DNA of 64,000 bases, taken from Candidatus Omnitrophota bacterium (GTDB taxonomy: Bacteria > Omnitrophota > Gorgyraeia > Gygaellales > Profunditerraquicolaceae). Positions 9,514 through 20,389 of this stretch are shown here, piece by piece. The stretch spans positions 165,960 through 229,959 of the forward strand of contig JBAZLB010000002.1 in NCBI GenBank assembly GCA_041650495.1, read 5' to 3'. Every line of letters begins with the position of its first letter. Positions within the stretch are counted from its first letter, which is position 1. The notes under the pieces were generated by a model that saw only the letters and a list, made by a program, of their open reading frames with translations, had not been told where the DNA came from and made no database searches. The position numbers were made by a program, and so were the translations under genes.

Positions 9514-10608
9514 CTACCTCTTCATGAATTGGCCGCTGGGCAGCTTATGGATCAACCGCCTTACCTGCAGCCTGACTATTGTTTCTGAAATATCCGCCAC
9601 CCCCGCTCCTGTCTTCTCTATAATTTCATCAAGCAGCAAAGGCGAAGAAGACAGGAGATTATAAATGGTATTTTCTCTTTCGTTTAAATTATGAACAGGA
9701 TTATCCTTCTTGGGCAGAACGGGCTCATTCTTAGGGGCCAGGGGGATATTCAATTCCTCGACAATATCTTCTACGCAGGAAACCAACTTTGCCCCCTGTT
9801 TGATAAGCGCATTTGTGCCTAAAGAATTAAGGCAGTCCACCTTGCCAGGCAGGGCAAAAACCTCCCTGCCCTGTTCTAAGGCAAAATCAGCGGTAATAAG
9901 CGCCCCGCTGTTAAGAGAGGCCTCAACCACCAACACCCCTAAACTCAGGCCGCTGATGAGCCGGTTGCGCCTGGGGAAATTTTGCTTCAAAGGCCCTGTC
10001 TCAATAGGAAATTCTGAAATAACCGCTCCATTCTCGGAAATAACCCCGCTGAGCTCCTTGTTCTCCGGCGGGTATATATGCCTGAAACCGCTGCCCAAGA
10101 CAGCAATAGTCCTGCCTCGTTTTCTTAATGCCCCCCGGTGGGCGCAGGTATCTATACCGCGGGCCATACCTGATACCACCGTCAGGCCGCATTCAACCAG
10201 ATCTCCCGCAAACCTCTCGGCGCAGGAAAGGCCGTAAAAAGAAGCCTGGCGGGAGCCGACTACCGCCACACTTAAATTATCTTCTGCCCTAAGGCCTCCT
10301 TTCACATAAAGAACAATCGCAGGATCAGGCATATATTTGAGGTTAAGTGGGTAATCCGGGCTTTCCAATGTAAGAATATCCAGGCCCAATCCCTTAGCCA
10401 GGCTAATCTCCCTGTCTATATCTTCTTGCCTGAAAGAATGGATTTTAGAGGCGATGCCCTCTCCGATACCAGAGACCCTCGTTAATTCATCAGGTGATGC
10501 CTTAAATATATTCTCCGGTTTTCCAAAGTAAGACAAAAGCTTATTCAGCCTGATACTGCCTATATCTAAGACCATATTCAAGCCCACTAATGCTCTTACG
10601 GTATCCAT
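9514..10608 (-). CDS. dprA: DNA processing protein DprA (Smf)
   Basis: SAM-like N-terminus, Rossmann-like DprA core (..GMARGIDTCAHRGAL..), C-terminal winged helix. Confidence 0.8.
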   Translation of the reverse strand: MDTVRALVGLNMVLDIGSIRLNKLLSYFGKPENIFKASPDELTRVSGIGEGIASKIHSFRQEDIDREISLAKGLGLDILTLESPDYPLNLKYMPDPAIVLYVKGGLRAEDNLSVAVVGSRQASFYGLSCAERFAGDLVECGLTVVSGMARGIDTCAHRGALRKRGRTIAVLGSGFRHIYPPENKELSGVISENGAVISEFPIETGPLKQNFPRRNRLISGLSLGVLVVEASLNSGALITADFALEQGREVFALPGKVDCLNSLGTNALIKQGAKLVSCVEDIVEELNIPLAPKNEPVLPKKDNPVHNLNERENTIYNLLSSSPLLLDEIIEKTGAGVADISETIVRLQVRRLIHKLPSGQFMKR

Positions 10609-10622
10609 TTATCTGTCCTGCC

Positions 10623-12347
10623 TTAAAGAGCCTTCTTTAAATCCTGCAAGAAGGCCTCCTCTATTTTTGCCCCTGATTCCCTGGCCTTCTGCATATCCTC
10701 CCAGGCCCTGGCGTATTCCTTACGGTAAAAATATGCCACTGCCCGGTTATAGTAGGCATAGGCATGCCGGGGATTAATCTGCAAGGCTGAATTAAAATCC
10801 GCTATAGCCAGGCTATATTCCCCCTGGCCGGTATAAGCGAAACCGCGGTTGTAGTAAAACTCAAAGTCATTGGGATTTATTTTAATAGCGGCGGTAAAAT
10901 CGGCGGCTGCCGCGGAAAATTTCTTCTCTGCCAGATAAGCCAGCCCCCGGTTAAAATAGGCATCGGCATATTCAGGGTCTAAGATTATGGCCGTATCATA
11001 ATCACGGATAGCCCTTTTGATATCTCCTTTATTATGCAAGGCGAACCCCCGGTTGTTATATGGCCTGGCCTTACGGGGGGATTTAAGGACGGCATCGTTC
11101 CAAAGGCTAAATTCATCCTTCCAGCAAAAATTCCTGGCATACGTAAGGAAACAAAACCAGCTAAACAAAAATAATAACAACAAAACCATAGCCTTCATAC
11201 TTTTCCTGCCCAAAAGATAATGCAGGCCCGACACAAGAAAAATGCCATACCCGGCCATGGCTAGATAAAGCCGGTGTTCTGCGATCACATCCTGCAAAGG
11301 CAGGATGCCGGATTCCAGGGCTAACGTCAGGAAAAACCAGAAGATGCCGAAAGAAACCAATTTGTATTTTAGAGAAAACTTCAGGGCGCAGAAAAAGATA
11401 ACCAGGATAACGAATAGGCCGGATAAAGAAGAAAATCCAAGAAGGCTGTCTGCTATAGGATAATCATAATCCACATTCTGGTTCAAAGGCAGGAAAAGAA
11501 GCCTGAGATAAGTCAACAAGACCGCAGGCTGGGTGAAAAGGTACCGCCAGAAGGATATCCCGGTAAGCGGCCTGGAAGGACTAAGCATAGATGCCAGATT
11601 TACGAACTTGGTAAGAATGATAGTCAGGGGTATGACTAAAATAAGCAGGGAAAAAGGTAAAAGGTGCCTGCGGGATATTTTTTTGCCCGGGAAGAGAAAG
11701 AAATCGGAAAGTATGATCATCAAGGGAAGGGTCACGGATATTTCTTTAGAGAACATAGCCAGGATTGCGGTGAAAAGTGATGCGGCATAATAAAATCGAT
11801 TGCCAGAGCGCGCCCCTTCTTGCCGGATGAGACGCCACTTAAGATAAAGGATAAACGAAAGCAGATAGAAAAAGGCTGCCAGAAGAGTAGCCCGCTGGAT
11901 TATATATGTTACCGCCTCTGTCTGCAGGGGGTGAAGAAGAAATACCAAGGCCGTAAAAAGGGCAAGGATGCCGGCCCTGTTTTTTATTTGCGCCTTATCT
12001 AAACAAAAAGAAGGAAAAAGCAGCAGGGCGAGTCCATAAACAAGCATTGAAGAGCCTATGTGGATGATTATATTAACCAGGTGATAACCAAAAACATTGA
12101 GCTGTCCAATAAGGTAATTCAAGGAAAGGGAAAGATAAGTCAAAAAACGGGTAGGACAAAAATTCCAGAGGGCCTTAACATCCAGGGGGTGCCTGAGCAC
12201 CTGGTTCTTTTCGATATAGGGATGCTCGTCAAAATGAAATGAATTATTAAAGGTGTTGGAATAAATAAGCATGCCTAAAAGAAAGATAATAACAAAATGG
12301 ATTATCTTCATCTTGGGCCTGAGGTATTGCGGGCAGGCGTTTTGCAT
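10623..12347 (-). CDS. TMTC-like polytopic membrane protein with C-terminal TPR repeats
   Basis: Roughly 10 predicted TM helices followed by several 34-aa TPR units (YNRGFAL.., YFNRGLAY.., YYNRGFAY.., YYNRAVAY..). Confidence 0.55.
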   Translation of the reverse strand: MQNACPQYLRPKMKIIHFVIIFLLGMLIYSNTFNNSFHFDEHPYIEKNQVLRHPLDVKALWNFCPTRFLTYLSLSLNYLIGQLNVFGYHLVNIIIHIGSSMLVYGLALLLFPSFCLDKAQIKNRAGILALFTALVFLLHPLQTEAVTYIIQRATLLAAFFYLLSFILYLKWRLIRQEGARSGNRFYYAASLFTAILAMFSKEISVTLPLMIILSDFFLFPGKKISRRHLLPFSLLILVIPLTIILTKFVNLASMLSPSRPLTGISFWRYLFTQPAVLLTYLRLLFLPLNQNVDYDYPIADSLLGFSSLSGLFVILVIFFCALKFSLKYKLVSFGIFWFFLTLALESGILPLQDVIAEHRLYLAMAGYGIFLVSGLHYLLGRKSMKAMVLLLLFLFSWFCFLTYARNFCWKDEFSLWNDAVLKSPRKARPYNNRGFALHNKGDIKRAIRDYDTAIILDPEYADAYFNRGLAYLAEKKFSAAAADFTAAIKINPNDFEFYYNRGFAYTGQGEYSLAIADFNSALQINPRHAYAYYNRAVAYFYRKEYARAWEDMQKARESGAKIEEAFLQDLKKAL

Positions 12348-12419
12348 TTGTTCAGTTAGCCGGTGTGGGAGGAAGTCTTCTCATAAGGCTTTAGTTAGGT
12401 TTAAGTTTAAGGCTCATTA

Positions 12420-12926
12420 TCATTTTTTAAGGTTTAGTTTCAAGATCTTGCCTGCTACCTCTTTTACGGAAAGCTTTGAGGTGTCAATTGCCAGGGGGAC
12501 CTCCGCGTAATAAGGGGCGCGCAATTTAAACAAGAGCCGTATCTGCCCTTTGGGATCCTTGACATTTAAAAGGGGACGATGGCTAAAACCATGCGTCCTT
12601 TTCCATATAGTATCTATAGAGGCGCTCAAACAGATGGCCTTGCCCGTTTCCCGCATTATCTTTATATTATCCCTGTTTAAAACAATGCCTCCGCCGCAGG
12701 CTACCACGAAATTCTTCTCCCGGGATACCTCCTCCAGCGCCTGTTTCTCCAGCCTGCGGAAATAACGCTCTCCCTTTTCTTTAAATATATCGGCTATGGT
12801 CTCTTTAGCCTTTAAGGAAATCAACTCATCCAGGTCAAGAAAATGCCATTTCTTCCTTCTGGCTAATTCCCTGCCTACCGCAGTCTTTCCCGTACCCATA
12901 AATCCGACTAAATAAATATTGCCCAT
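12420..12926 (-). CDS. aroK: Shikimate kinase
   Basis: Walker A GFMGTGKT and length 168 aa. Confidence 0.85.
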   Translation of the reverse strand: MGNIYLVGFMGTGKTAVGRELARRKKWHFLDLDELISLKAKETIADIFKEKGERYFRRLEKQALEEVSREKNFVVACGGGIVLNRDNIKIMRETGKAICLSASIDTIWKRTHGFSHRPLLNVKDPKGQIRLLFKLRAPYYAEVPLAIDTSKLSVKEVAGKILKLNLKK

Positions 12927-13045
12927 ATTTTATATCTATAATTCTATCATAGGGTTAAGCCCCTGTCAACCACGCCCCATTAACGGAATCTCTTTACGCA
13001 GGAAATGAAACAGGGCCCACCGTAAAAACGGCGGGCCCTGATATT

Positions 13046-13306
13046 TCATCCCTGGTAAGCTGAAAGAATAACCTCTGTCAATTCCGCATGCGTCTCCTTG
13101 GAAACAGGATATACGGCATTGTACCAGCGTCCATCCTTTCCTTGCTGCCTAGGCATAGCCAGGAAAAGCCCCTTCTTGCCGTCTACTATACGCAGGCCTT
13201 TAATAATCAGGCCTCCTACCGCTATATCCACGAAGGCCTTAAGTTTAGACTCCCCCTCAATCTTATAAACGCGGTTAACCTGAAATACCCCCTCCATCAG
13301 TATCAC
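13046..13306 (-). CDS. spoVG: SpoVG-family protein
   Basis: 86 aa; ..KLKAFVDIAVGGLIIKGLRIVDGKKGLFLAMP.. matches the SpoVG fold. Confidence 0.7.
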   Translation of the reverse strand: MILMEGVFQVNRVYKIEGESKLKAFVDIAVGGLIIKGLRIVDGKKGLFLAMPRQQGKDGRWYNAVYPVSKETHAELTEVILSAYQG

Positions 13307-13390
13307 CCCCCTCCCGCCTTCTTCTCGCCGCCCCTTAAAGATTTCCGCGGTTCTGGCTCTGCCTACAATAGACGCAGGGGGTAATATTTT

Positions 13391-14428
13391 CTAACGGATT
13401 TTTTTTATATAAGAACAGAAGGCTTCTTTTATATCCCTAAGATTATCGCTGCCAAATTTCTCAAGGAGGGCATCGGCTAAGACATAAGCGCAGACAGCCT
13501 CCGCAACCACTCCGGCAGCCTCAACAGCGCAGGTGTCAGAACGCTGCACGGATGCCTTCATGGGCTTATGGGTTAGAATATTTACGGAATCAAGGGGGGC
13601 AAGGAGAGTAGCTATCGGCTTCATACAGGCGCGTAAGATAATATCCGCGCCGTTAGAAACCCCTCCCTCTATGCCTCCGGCGTTATTTGTCCTGCGGTAA
13701 TACCCGTGTTTCTTTGAGTAGAAGATCGCATCATGTACTGCGGAGCCAAACTTATCCGCGCAGGCAAAACCTAAGCCCACTTCAACCGCCTTAACCGCAG
13801 GTATAGACATTACGCCTGCTGCCATCCTCCCATCCAGGCGCCTGTCCGCATGCGCGTAACTTCCCAGGCCAGGAGGGACATTCCTCAACGTTACTTCAAA
13901 TATGCCTCCTAAAGTATCTTTGCTTTTAATCGCCTCTTCTACCTTCTTTTTTGCGGCGCCCAAAGAAAACCCTCCGATAGACAGGACCTTACTCGATACT
14001 ATGACGCCAAATTCACTTAAAAGCAGCTTACATATAGCCCCTATAGCTACCCTGCTTGCCGTCTCCCTGGCTGAAGCGCGTTCTAGAACATACCTGGCAT
14101 CTCTAAAGCCGTATTTTAAAATCCCCGCTAAATCCGCATGGCCCGGCCGCGGACAGAGAACTGCGGGTAATCTTTCTATGCTATGGTCACGGTTTGCAAT
14201 CAAGATTCCTATGGGACTGCCTAAGGTAAGGTGATTTTTCAAACCGCAGATTATCTCTGCTTTATCATGTTCTATCCTCATCCGGCTGCCCCGGCCATAC
14301 CCCTGCTGCCTGCGTTTGAGTTCCCTGTTTATAAACAAGGCCCTTACCCGCAAACCAGCGGGGATACCTTCCAATATTGCCATAAGGGCCTTACCATGCG
14401 ATTCCCCGGCAGTTAGATAACGTAGCAT
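13391..14428 (-). CDS. aroC: Chorismate synthase
   Basis: MLRYLTAGESHGKAL..GRSSARETA.. signatures. Confidence 0.9.
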   Translation of the reverse strand: MLRYLTAGESHGKALMAILEGIPAGLRVRALFINRELKRRQQGYGRGSRMRIEHDKAEIICGLKNHLTLGSPIGILIANRDHSIERLPAVLCPRPGHADLAGILKYGFRDARYVLERASARETASRVAIGAICKLLLSEFGVIVSSKVLSIGGFSLGAAKKKVEEAIKSKDTLGGIFEVTLRNVPPGLGSYAHADRRLDGRMAAGVMSIPAVKAVEVGLGFACADKFGSAVHDAIFYSKKHGYYRRTNNAGGIEGGVSNGADIILRACMKPIATLLAPLDSVNILTHKPMKASVQRSDTCAVEAAGVVAEAVCAYVLADALLEKFGSDNLRDIKEAFCSYIKKIR

Positions 14429-14443
14429 AAATTCCCCCTCCTT

Positions 14444-15016
14444 TTATTTACCCCACAGGCCGCGGCGGTTATCGCGCGCCTGCCGGTAGAGCTTGGAAAA
14501 CAAATCCGCATATTTAACATTCGGCGGGATAGTCATTAAAGAAGCATACCCTGCCTTTATAATCTCGGCATTGATAAAGGTGCCGTCCTTTAAATATACA
14601 TAAGCAAGTATACGGTTGTAACGGTCATACTTTTCTACGTCAAACTCAAGGCTCACCCTCTTGCCTTCGACCAGTTTCCGGGTAAAATCATAGGCCCGCC
14701 TGCCTAATTTCTGAATGGTGGTAATATCATTTCCGGACCTGCGGCTATCCCGGTATAATTTCCTTGATTCATGCATCTCAGGGGTATCCACTCCGATAAG
14801 GCGCACGCGTTCACCGTTGGCAAGTTCCAGGGTATCCCCGTCAATGGCCTTGGCGACTAAAACATCGGTGTATTTTTCGGAAACCCCGAAGGGAATGGTG
14901 AATTTTCCGTCTTCTGAGTAGTATATAGTGACCGGCTCATCCCCGTAAAGGTTTACTCCGCCTGACAAAGCCCATACTGCCGCCAAAATAATGATGCCCT
15001 TATTAAAATTCCCCAT
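14444..15016 (-). CDS. Secreted thermonuclease (SNase-like)
   Basis: Signal peptide, then DGDTLEL..VRLIGVDTPE SNase motifs. Confidence 0.75.
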   Translation of the reverse strand: MGNFNKGIIILAAVWALSGGVNLYGDEPVTIYYSEDGKFTIPFGVSEKYTDVLVAKAIDGDTLELANGERVRLIGVDTPEMHESRKLYRDSRRSGNDITTIQKLGRRAYDFTRKLVEGKRVSLEFDVEKYDRYNRILAYVYLKDGTFINAEIIKAGYASLMTIPPNVKYADLFSKLYRQARDNRRGLWGK

Positions 15017-15026
15017 TAATTACCCT

Positions 15027-15578
15027 CTATAATCGGTGGGCGACAATCCCTGCCATCACCGCTATATCCTCAAGACACAATATATGGCAGATACTGCGGT
15101 CAAAAAGCAGGTTTGCCTCGGGGCCGAATTCTTCATCCCCCCGCCAGAAAATAACCAATACGGGGATACCCGCAAAGGCCTCTATGCGTATGCTGACATC
15201 CCCTTTATCAAGTCTCTGTCCGTCAAAATGCTCAAAGACAGATAATATCTTATCAGGGCACTTACCGTATTTTGCAATGAGTACCTCGATAACTCTTTTT
15301 CTAAAAGCCGGATAATACCCATCTCCTCCTGCCAACTCCCGGAAATCAACCCATTCTCCTTCTAAGGCCGCTAGGCCTTCCTGCCTCTGCTTTAAATAAT
15401 GCAGGATAAGGATTGCCGTAAAATCACTGGCGGCAGTATTTTTCGATACCGAAAAGACCTTATGCCTGCTAAGATCTATCGTATATTCATCTGCCAAAAA
15501 ACGCACTCCGGTATTATCGCGGACTCCCGTTCTTGCTAAATCCTCCCAAGCCTTTTCTATGGCAGCTGAATACCCCAA
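15027..15578 (-). CDS. Hypothetical protein, possibly DUF3786-like
   Basis: Complete ORF with coding-like composition. N-terminal ..AIEKAWEDL.. is reminiscent of DUF3786, recalled from memory only. Confidence 0.4.
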   Translation of the reverse strand: MGYSAAIEKAWEDLARTGVRDNTGVRFLADEYTIDLSRHKVFSVSKNTAASDFTAILILHYLKQRQEGLAALEGEWVDFRELAGGDGYYPAFRKRVIEVLIAKYGKCPDKILSVFEHFDGQRLDKGDVSIRIEAFAGIPVLVIFWRGDEEFGPEANLLFDRSICHILCLEDIAVMAGIVAHRL

Positions 15579-15749
15579 AACTCACTCACCCCTTGCCCCG
15601 AAATACCTCAATAAACCCCGATAAGAAAATCTGCTTTTTCTTTTTATTCTACTCTTTTTGGGTAGATAAATCAATAAAATTAGATTATAATGGAAGGGTC
15701 TGCGTGCCTTGTTATCAAATAAGGATTTGGATTTTTCCCTTAAGAAAAG

Positions 15750-17627
15750 ATGATATACGACCGTTTCCAAAAAGAGGCTATTGATTATATAAACCAGGGG
15801 CACTCGGTTATAGTTTCTGCGCCCACCGGCGCAGGAAAGACCGCCATTGCCGAACACGTTATCCTAGCCTGCATAGAGAAAAAGATCGGCGCGATATATA
15901 CCGCCCCCATCAAGGCGCTCTCCAATCAGAAATTCCGCGACTTCCAAAAGCAATTCGGGGATAATATCGGCATACTCACCGGAGACGTCTCCTTAAACCC
16001 AAATGCCCCTGTGCTGATTATGACTACCGAGATATTCCGCAATAAAATACTCAATGACCCCAAAAGCCTTGATAAATACTCCTGGATCATCTTTGATGAG
16101 GTGCACTATCTGGATAACTATGAACGCGGGACAGTCTGGGAAGAATCGTTGATCTTCCTGCCCAAACATATGAAGATACTCTGCCTTTCCGCCACCATAC
16201 CCAACATAAAACAACTCTCCTTGTGGGTTGAGTCCATACACGATAAGACTGTAAAGGTAGTTATTGAGGATAAAAGGCCGGTGCCGCTGCATTTTTTCTT
16301 CCAGTGTTATGATGAAATAATCGATAACATCAACAGGATCAAAAGGGATTTTCCCGCGCGCCAAAACAAAATGAATACCCTGATAAATTATATACGCCAG
16401 GCCGAAGGCCTGCCCTGCATATATTTCGTCTTTGCCAGACGCAAGGCAGAAGAGCTTGCTGAAGGGCTGTACGAATACAACTTCCTGAATAAGAATGAGC
16501 AGGTTGAAATAAACAGGCTATATGATGAGCTATGTGAGCGTTTTGACTTAAAAAATGAACGGTCTGCCCAGATGCTCCTTCCCCTCATACAAAGGGGGAT
16601 CGCCTATCACCATGCCGGCATGCTCCCCACCTTAAAAGAGGCCATTGAACGGCTCTTCACCAGCCGCCTTTTAAAAGTAATCTTTACCACCGAAACCTTT
16701 GCCTTAGGGATAAATATGCCCAGCCGCTCGGTAATCTTTGATAATCTGAAGAAATTCTACGGCCATTATGTCAGGCCTTTAAAAACAAGGGATTTTTATC
16801 AGATGGCCGGCCGCGCCGGAAGACGCGGGATGGATAAAGAAGGCTTTGTTTACTGCCGTATAAATCCGATGAGGATAAATTTAGCGGATGTGCGACAGGT
16901 TATCTACGGACAAGCTGAAGAGGTGAAAAGCCAGCTTAACACCTCCTATGCCACTATACTTAACCTCTATGAAGTTTATAAAGAAGGCCTTTATAAAATA
17001 TATCCGTTATCCCTGCACTATTTCCAGGCAAAGAAACACGAACAAAAAGACGCCCTAAGGCTCATTGAAGCTAAGGTACACCTCTTGTCTGATTCAGGAT
17101 ATATCAAAGACAGGCAGCTTACCTCCAAAGGGCAATTCGCCAAAACCGTATACGGTTATGAATTGCTCCTGGCTGAGCTCTATGAAAGGAAGGTCCTTGA
17201 GCAGCTGGATGAATTCGGATTGGGGATAATCTCTACCGCTGTGGTATTTGAACCCAGAAAAAATCAGCATATGTCAGGCCTTTCTAAGACCAGCCGTAAG
17301 ATTAAACGGGCCTGCGAAGAGATATGCGCGGAAATAAAAGCCAAGGAAACCAAATACTGTGTGCACCCTTTAAGCAAAATACCGTATTTCCACCTGAGCA
17401 CCAGCATGGAGGCGTGGCTGCGCGGGACGAATTTTGACAAAATAGTGCAATTCACCGATACAGACGAAGGGGAAGTAGTGCGCTATTTCCGTATGGCGAT
17501 CCAGATACTCAGGCAGATAAACGAAGCCCCGGTAGTCTCCCACCTGTTAAAAGAACGGATAACCGAAGCTGTCAGGGTAATCAGGCGGGACATTATTGAT
17601 GCGGAAAAACAGCTGCGCGAGGGTTGA
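15750..17627 (+). CDS. Ski2-like DEAD/DEAH-box superfamily-2 helicase
   Basis: Motif I APTGAGKT, motif II DEVH, motif III SAT, motif VI QMAGRAGRRG. The only long plus-strand gene in the first 40 kb. Confidence 0.75.
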   Translation: MIYDRFQKEAIDYINQGHSVIVSAPTGAGKTAIAEHVILACIEKKIGAIYTAPIKALSNQKFRDFQKQFGDNIGILTGDVSLNPNAPVLIMTTEIFRNKILNDPKSLDKYSWIIFDEVHYLDNYERGTVWEESLIFLPKHMKILCLSATIPNIKQLSLWVESIHDKTVKVVIEDKRPVPLHFFFQCYDEIIDNINRIKRDFPARQNKMNTLINYIRQAEGLPCIYFVFARRKAEELAEGLYEYNFLNKNEQVEINRLYDELCERFDLKNERSAQMLLPLIQRGIAYHHAGMLPTLKEAIERLFTSRLLKVIFTTETFALGINMPSRSVIFDNLKKFYGHYVRPLKTRDFYQMAGRAGRRGMDKEGFVYCRINPMRINLADVRQVIYGQAEEVKSQLNTSYATILNLYEVYKEGLYKIYPLSLHYFQAKKHEQKDALRLIEAKVHLLSDSGYIKDRQLTSKGQFAKTVYGYELLLAELYERKVLEQLDEFGLGIISTAVVFEPRKNQHMSGLSKTSRKIKRACEEICAEIKAKETKYCVHPLSKIPYFHLSTSMEAWLRGTNFDKIVQFTDTDEGEVVRYFRMAIQILRQINEAPVVSHLLKERITEAVRVIRRDIIDAEKQLREG

Positions 17628-17674
17628 TAACAAAACTCCCTGACTCAAAGGCCTGAAGATTCCTACGTCAGGGT

Positions 17675-18127
17675 TTAAAAACTGACCTTTTCTCCTACCC
17701 GGACCTTATTTTTCCTGGTGAAACCGGCGTTAACCTCCAATATATATTTTACCTCTACGGGCGGGCTAAATTCCGGACAGTCTTGTCCCTGCCTGCAGGC
17801 AGGTACATCCTCATCTATAGCTACAATCTCTTTTTCCCGGTTTATCCAGATTATATCCAGAGGAAAGCGCATATTCTTCATCCAGAAACTATGCCGGCCT
17901 TGCCGGTCATAGACAAAAAGCATGCCTTTATCCCCTTCTAATTTCTCCCTGAACATCAGCCCGAGCTGCCGTTGCGGCTCGGAATCCACAACCTCAATCA
18001 CAACGCATACGCCTCCTATGCAGGCTTTCTTCTCAGGCTTAAAAGTACAGGAAGAACAATACAAGGCTGCCCAGAAAATAAAAATAATAACCAGGTGCAT
18101 TCTAAGACGCTTCTTTGTTTTATCCAT
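17675..18127 (-). CDS. DUF192 (COG1430) domain protein with signal/TM anchor
   Basis: GLMFRE..GMLFVY..MKNMRFPLDIIWIN conserved DUF192 pattern. Confidence 0.6.
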   Translation of the reverse strand: MDKTKKRLRMHLVIIFIFWAALYCSSCTFKPEKKACIGGVCVVIEVVDSEPQRQLGLMFREKLEGDKGMLFVYDRQGRHSFWMKNMRFPLDIIWINREKEIVAIDEDVPACRQGQDCPEFSPPVEVKYILEVNAGFTRKNKVRVGEKVSF

Positions 18128-18145
18128 GCCAAGCCCAAGGTTAAT

Positions 18146-19090
18146 TTATTTCTTGCTTCTCTTTTCTTTATATTCCCGGTAATCCACCAGGATCTGCTTA
18201 TGGTCAAAGGCAAATTCGTATTTTTCTATATCATCCAGACTTATCACTTTTATCCCCATAGCATCATCCCCTGCCTGCGGGAGGCCTTCAGCCTGCGCGA
18301 TAAATACCGTGCCTATGGTGTGGAAACGCGGGTCGCGTTCAGGGGAAGAATAAGTATGGAACTGCCTGGGTTCTTTAAGGTCTAAACCGGTTTCTTCTTT
18401 TGCCTCGCGCACCACCGCCTGCTCCAGGCTCTCCTTATAATCCACAAATCCCCCTGGTAAGGCCCAGCCAAAAGGAGGATTGCTGCGCTCGATTATTACT
18501 ATGCCACGTTCCAGTTCAATAATAGCATCCACCGTAACAAACGGGCTCTTCAGTTTATTGACGATATAATCCAGGTAGCCTAAGGCATTTTGCCGGAAGA
18601 TATCATAAGCCTCTTTATCGTATAGACAAAAACATACCTCTTCTAATTTATGGCTATCCTCTTTTAAATACCTGAGTACCTCCTGGGCCATAATCTTGGC
18701 ACCCGCCTTAAGAGGAAACCCCCCTGTGCCGCAACCTAATGCCGGAAAGGCGATTGATTTTATATTCAACTCCCCAGCCACCTTAAAGGCGCTGTGAGAG
18801 GCAGCGCGTATTTTATGTTCATCGGTCTTAAAATCCATCCCCATAGTCGCAGCATGAATGACATATTTTGCTTTCAGCGCCCCTGCCGAGGTATAAATCG
18901 CCTCTCCTATTTTTATTGGACCTTTCTTTATTGCCTCTTCTTCTATGCCTATGCCGCCCTTCTTCTTGATTACCCCTGCCACTCCCCCTCCCATTACTAA
19001 TTTATTGTTGGCGGCATTTACTATGGCATCCGTTGCTATCTCCGTAATATCCCCCTGCACAATGCTTATTTTCGTCTTATCAATAATCAT
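18146..19090 (-). CDS. Macro domain (ADP-ribose/O-acetyl-ADP-ribose processing) fused to NUDIX hydrolase
   Basis: N-terminal [25 protein letters not shown] macro signature. C-terminal Nudix box [24 protein letters not shown]. Confidence 0.75.
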   Translation of the reverse strand: MIIDKTKISIVQGDITEIATDAIVNAANNKLVMGGGVAGVIKKKGGIGIEEEAIKKGPIKIGEAIYTSAGALKAKYVIHAATMGMDFKTDEHKIRAASHSAFKVAGELNIKSIAFPALGCGTGGFPLKAGAKIMAQEVLRYLKEDSHKLEEVCFCLYDKEAYDIFRQNALGYLDYIVNKLKSPFVTVDAIIELERGIVIIERSNPPFGWALPGGFVDYKESLEQAVVREAKEETGLDLKEPRQFHTYSSPERDPRFHTIGTVFIAQAEGLPQAGDDAMGIKVISLDDIEKYEFAFDHKQILVDYREYKEKRSKK

Positions 19091-19119
19091 ATTTGCCTCC
19101 GGATAAGAAATAAATATGC

Positions 19120-19767
19120 CTAACGATGCCTATTGAGTGCCCGTTTCAGGCAATACCTATCAACCGCGCATATACTGCAAAAAGGCGAAACAGGAAGACA
19201 GATATTCTGGCCGAAAGAAACCAGCACGGTATTTAATGCTATCCACTTGCGCCGAGGAAATATCTTCTTTAATTCTTCCTCGGTATGCGCAGGGACCTTT
19301 GTGTTAACCCACCCCAGCCGGTTGGATATCCTATGAACATGGGTATCCACACAGATAGAGGGTATTTTATACCCCAGGCCTAAGACTAAATTCGCGGTCT
19401 TCCTGCCTACCCCTTTAAAACCCAATAAGGCCTCCATTTCAGAAGGCACCTTTCCGCTGAATTCTCTGATCAGCCTGCGGCTGATATCTAATATAACCCT
19501 GGCTTTATTATGGTAAAAACCTACCGGATATATCAATTTCTCAATAAAACGGCGGCTTAACTTTGCCATCTCATCCGCATTACCGGCTGCCTTAAATAAC
19601 CTGTTGCTAGCCTCATTAGTGACCTTATCCTTGGTCCTTAAGCTTAAGATACAGGAAATCAAGACTTGATAAGGGCTGTGCTTGCGGGAAATCCGGGTAA
19701 CGGAGGGGACAACGAATTTCTTGGCCTGTTTCTCAATCGCCTCAAACGTAATCAAAGCCTTATGCAT
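19120..19767 (-). CDS. nth: Endonuclease III (DNA glycosylase/AP lyase)
   Basis: HhH-GPD motif [15 protein letters not shown], catalytic D, and C-terminal 4Fe-4S ligands [17 protein letters not shown]. Confidence 0.85.
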   Translation of the reverse strand: MHKALITFEAIEKQAKKFVVPSVTRISRKHSPYQVLISCILSLRTKDKVTNEASNRLFKAAGNADEMAKLSRRFIEKLIYPVGFYHNKARVILDISRRLIREFSGKVPSEMEALLGFKGVGRKTANLVLGLGYKIPSICVDTHVHRISNRLGWVNTKVPAHTEEELKKIFPRRKWIALNTVLVSFGQNICLPVSPFCSICAVDRYCLKRALNRHR

Positions 19768-19789
19768 ATAATTGAGGGGGCAGTATTAT

Positions 19790-20356
19790 CTAGCGGACGC
19801 CAACTGCCCGCGTAAACTTGGCCCAGGCCGCATTAATCTGCGCGACCAGACTGCTGCTTCCTATCTGCCTTCTTTTCTCACTTAAATATTTCCTGAACTC
19901 AAGGGCAATCACCCTGTCAGGAATAGAATCTATTATCTTATAAGCCTCTTTTTTATTCAAGTCCCTTATTTTATAGATTGCTTCTTCTCTGGTCATATCT
20001 TCCCTTATGCCATAGCGGCGCACTATAAATGGACAGTCTTTTATGACGCTATATATTTTGGCATAGCGCCGCAGGAATTTTTCATCATCCATTTTATTTA
20101 ATACCGCTATATTATCTTTTTTTATCTTCTCCATATCTACCCCTAATAAAAACGCCTTGGCCAAAGACTTGAAGGTACCTGCTATTACCTTTTCTTCTAA
20201 TCCGCCGTTCTTTTCTTCTGCCGCCGGCAAAACAGATATATTGCCCAAAGTTAAAATACCGCAGAAAAAAAACATAAAACAAATCAAAAACCTTATCGTA
20301 AAAACCGGACCCAAGAGATAAGGACACCTTGAATTCATCAAAGTACGCCCTCTCAA
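19790..20356 (-). CDS. Hypothetical exported/membrane-anchored protein
   Basis: N-terminal hydrophobic segment and no recognizable domain. Confidence 0.35.
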   Translation of the reverse strand: MRGRTLMNSRCPYLLGPVFTIRFLICFMFFFCGILTLGNISVLPAAEEKNGGLEEKVIAGTFKSLAKAFLLGVDMEKIKKDNIAVLNKMDDEKFLRRYAKIYSVIKDCPFIVRRYGIREDMTREEAIYKIRDLNKKEAYKIIDSIPDRVIALEFRKYLSEKRRQIGSSSLVAQINAAWAKFTRAVGVR

Positions 20357-20389
20357 ACGGTAAGCTTATATCCAGCGGGGCATCTTAGG

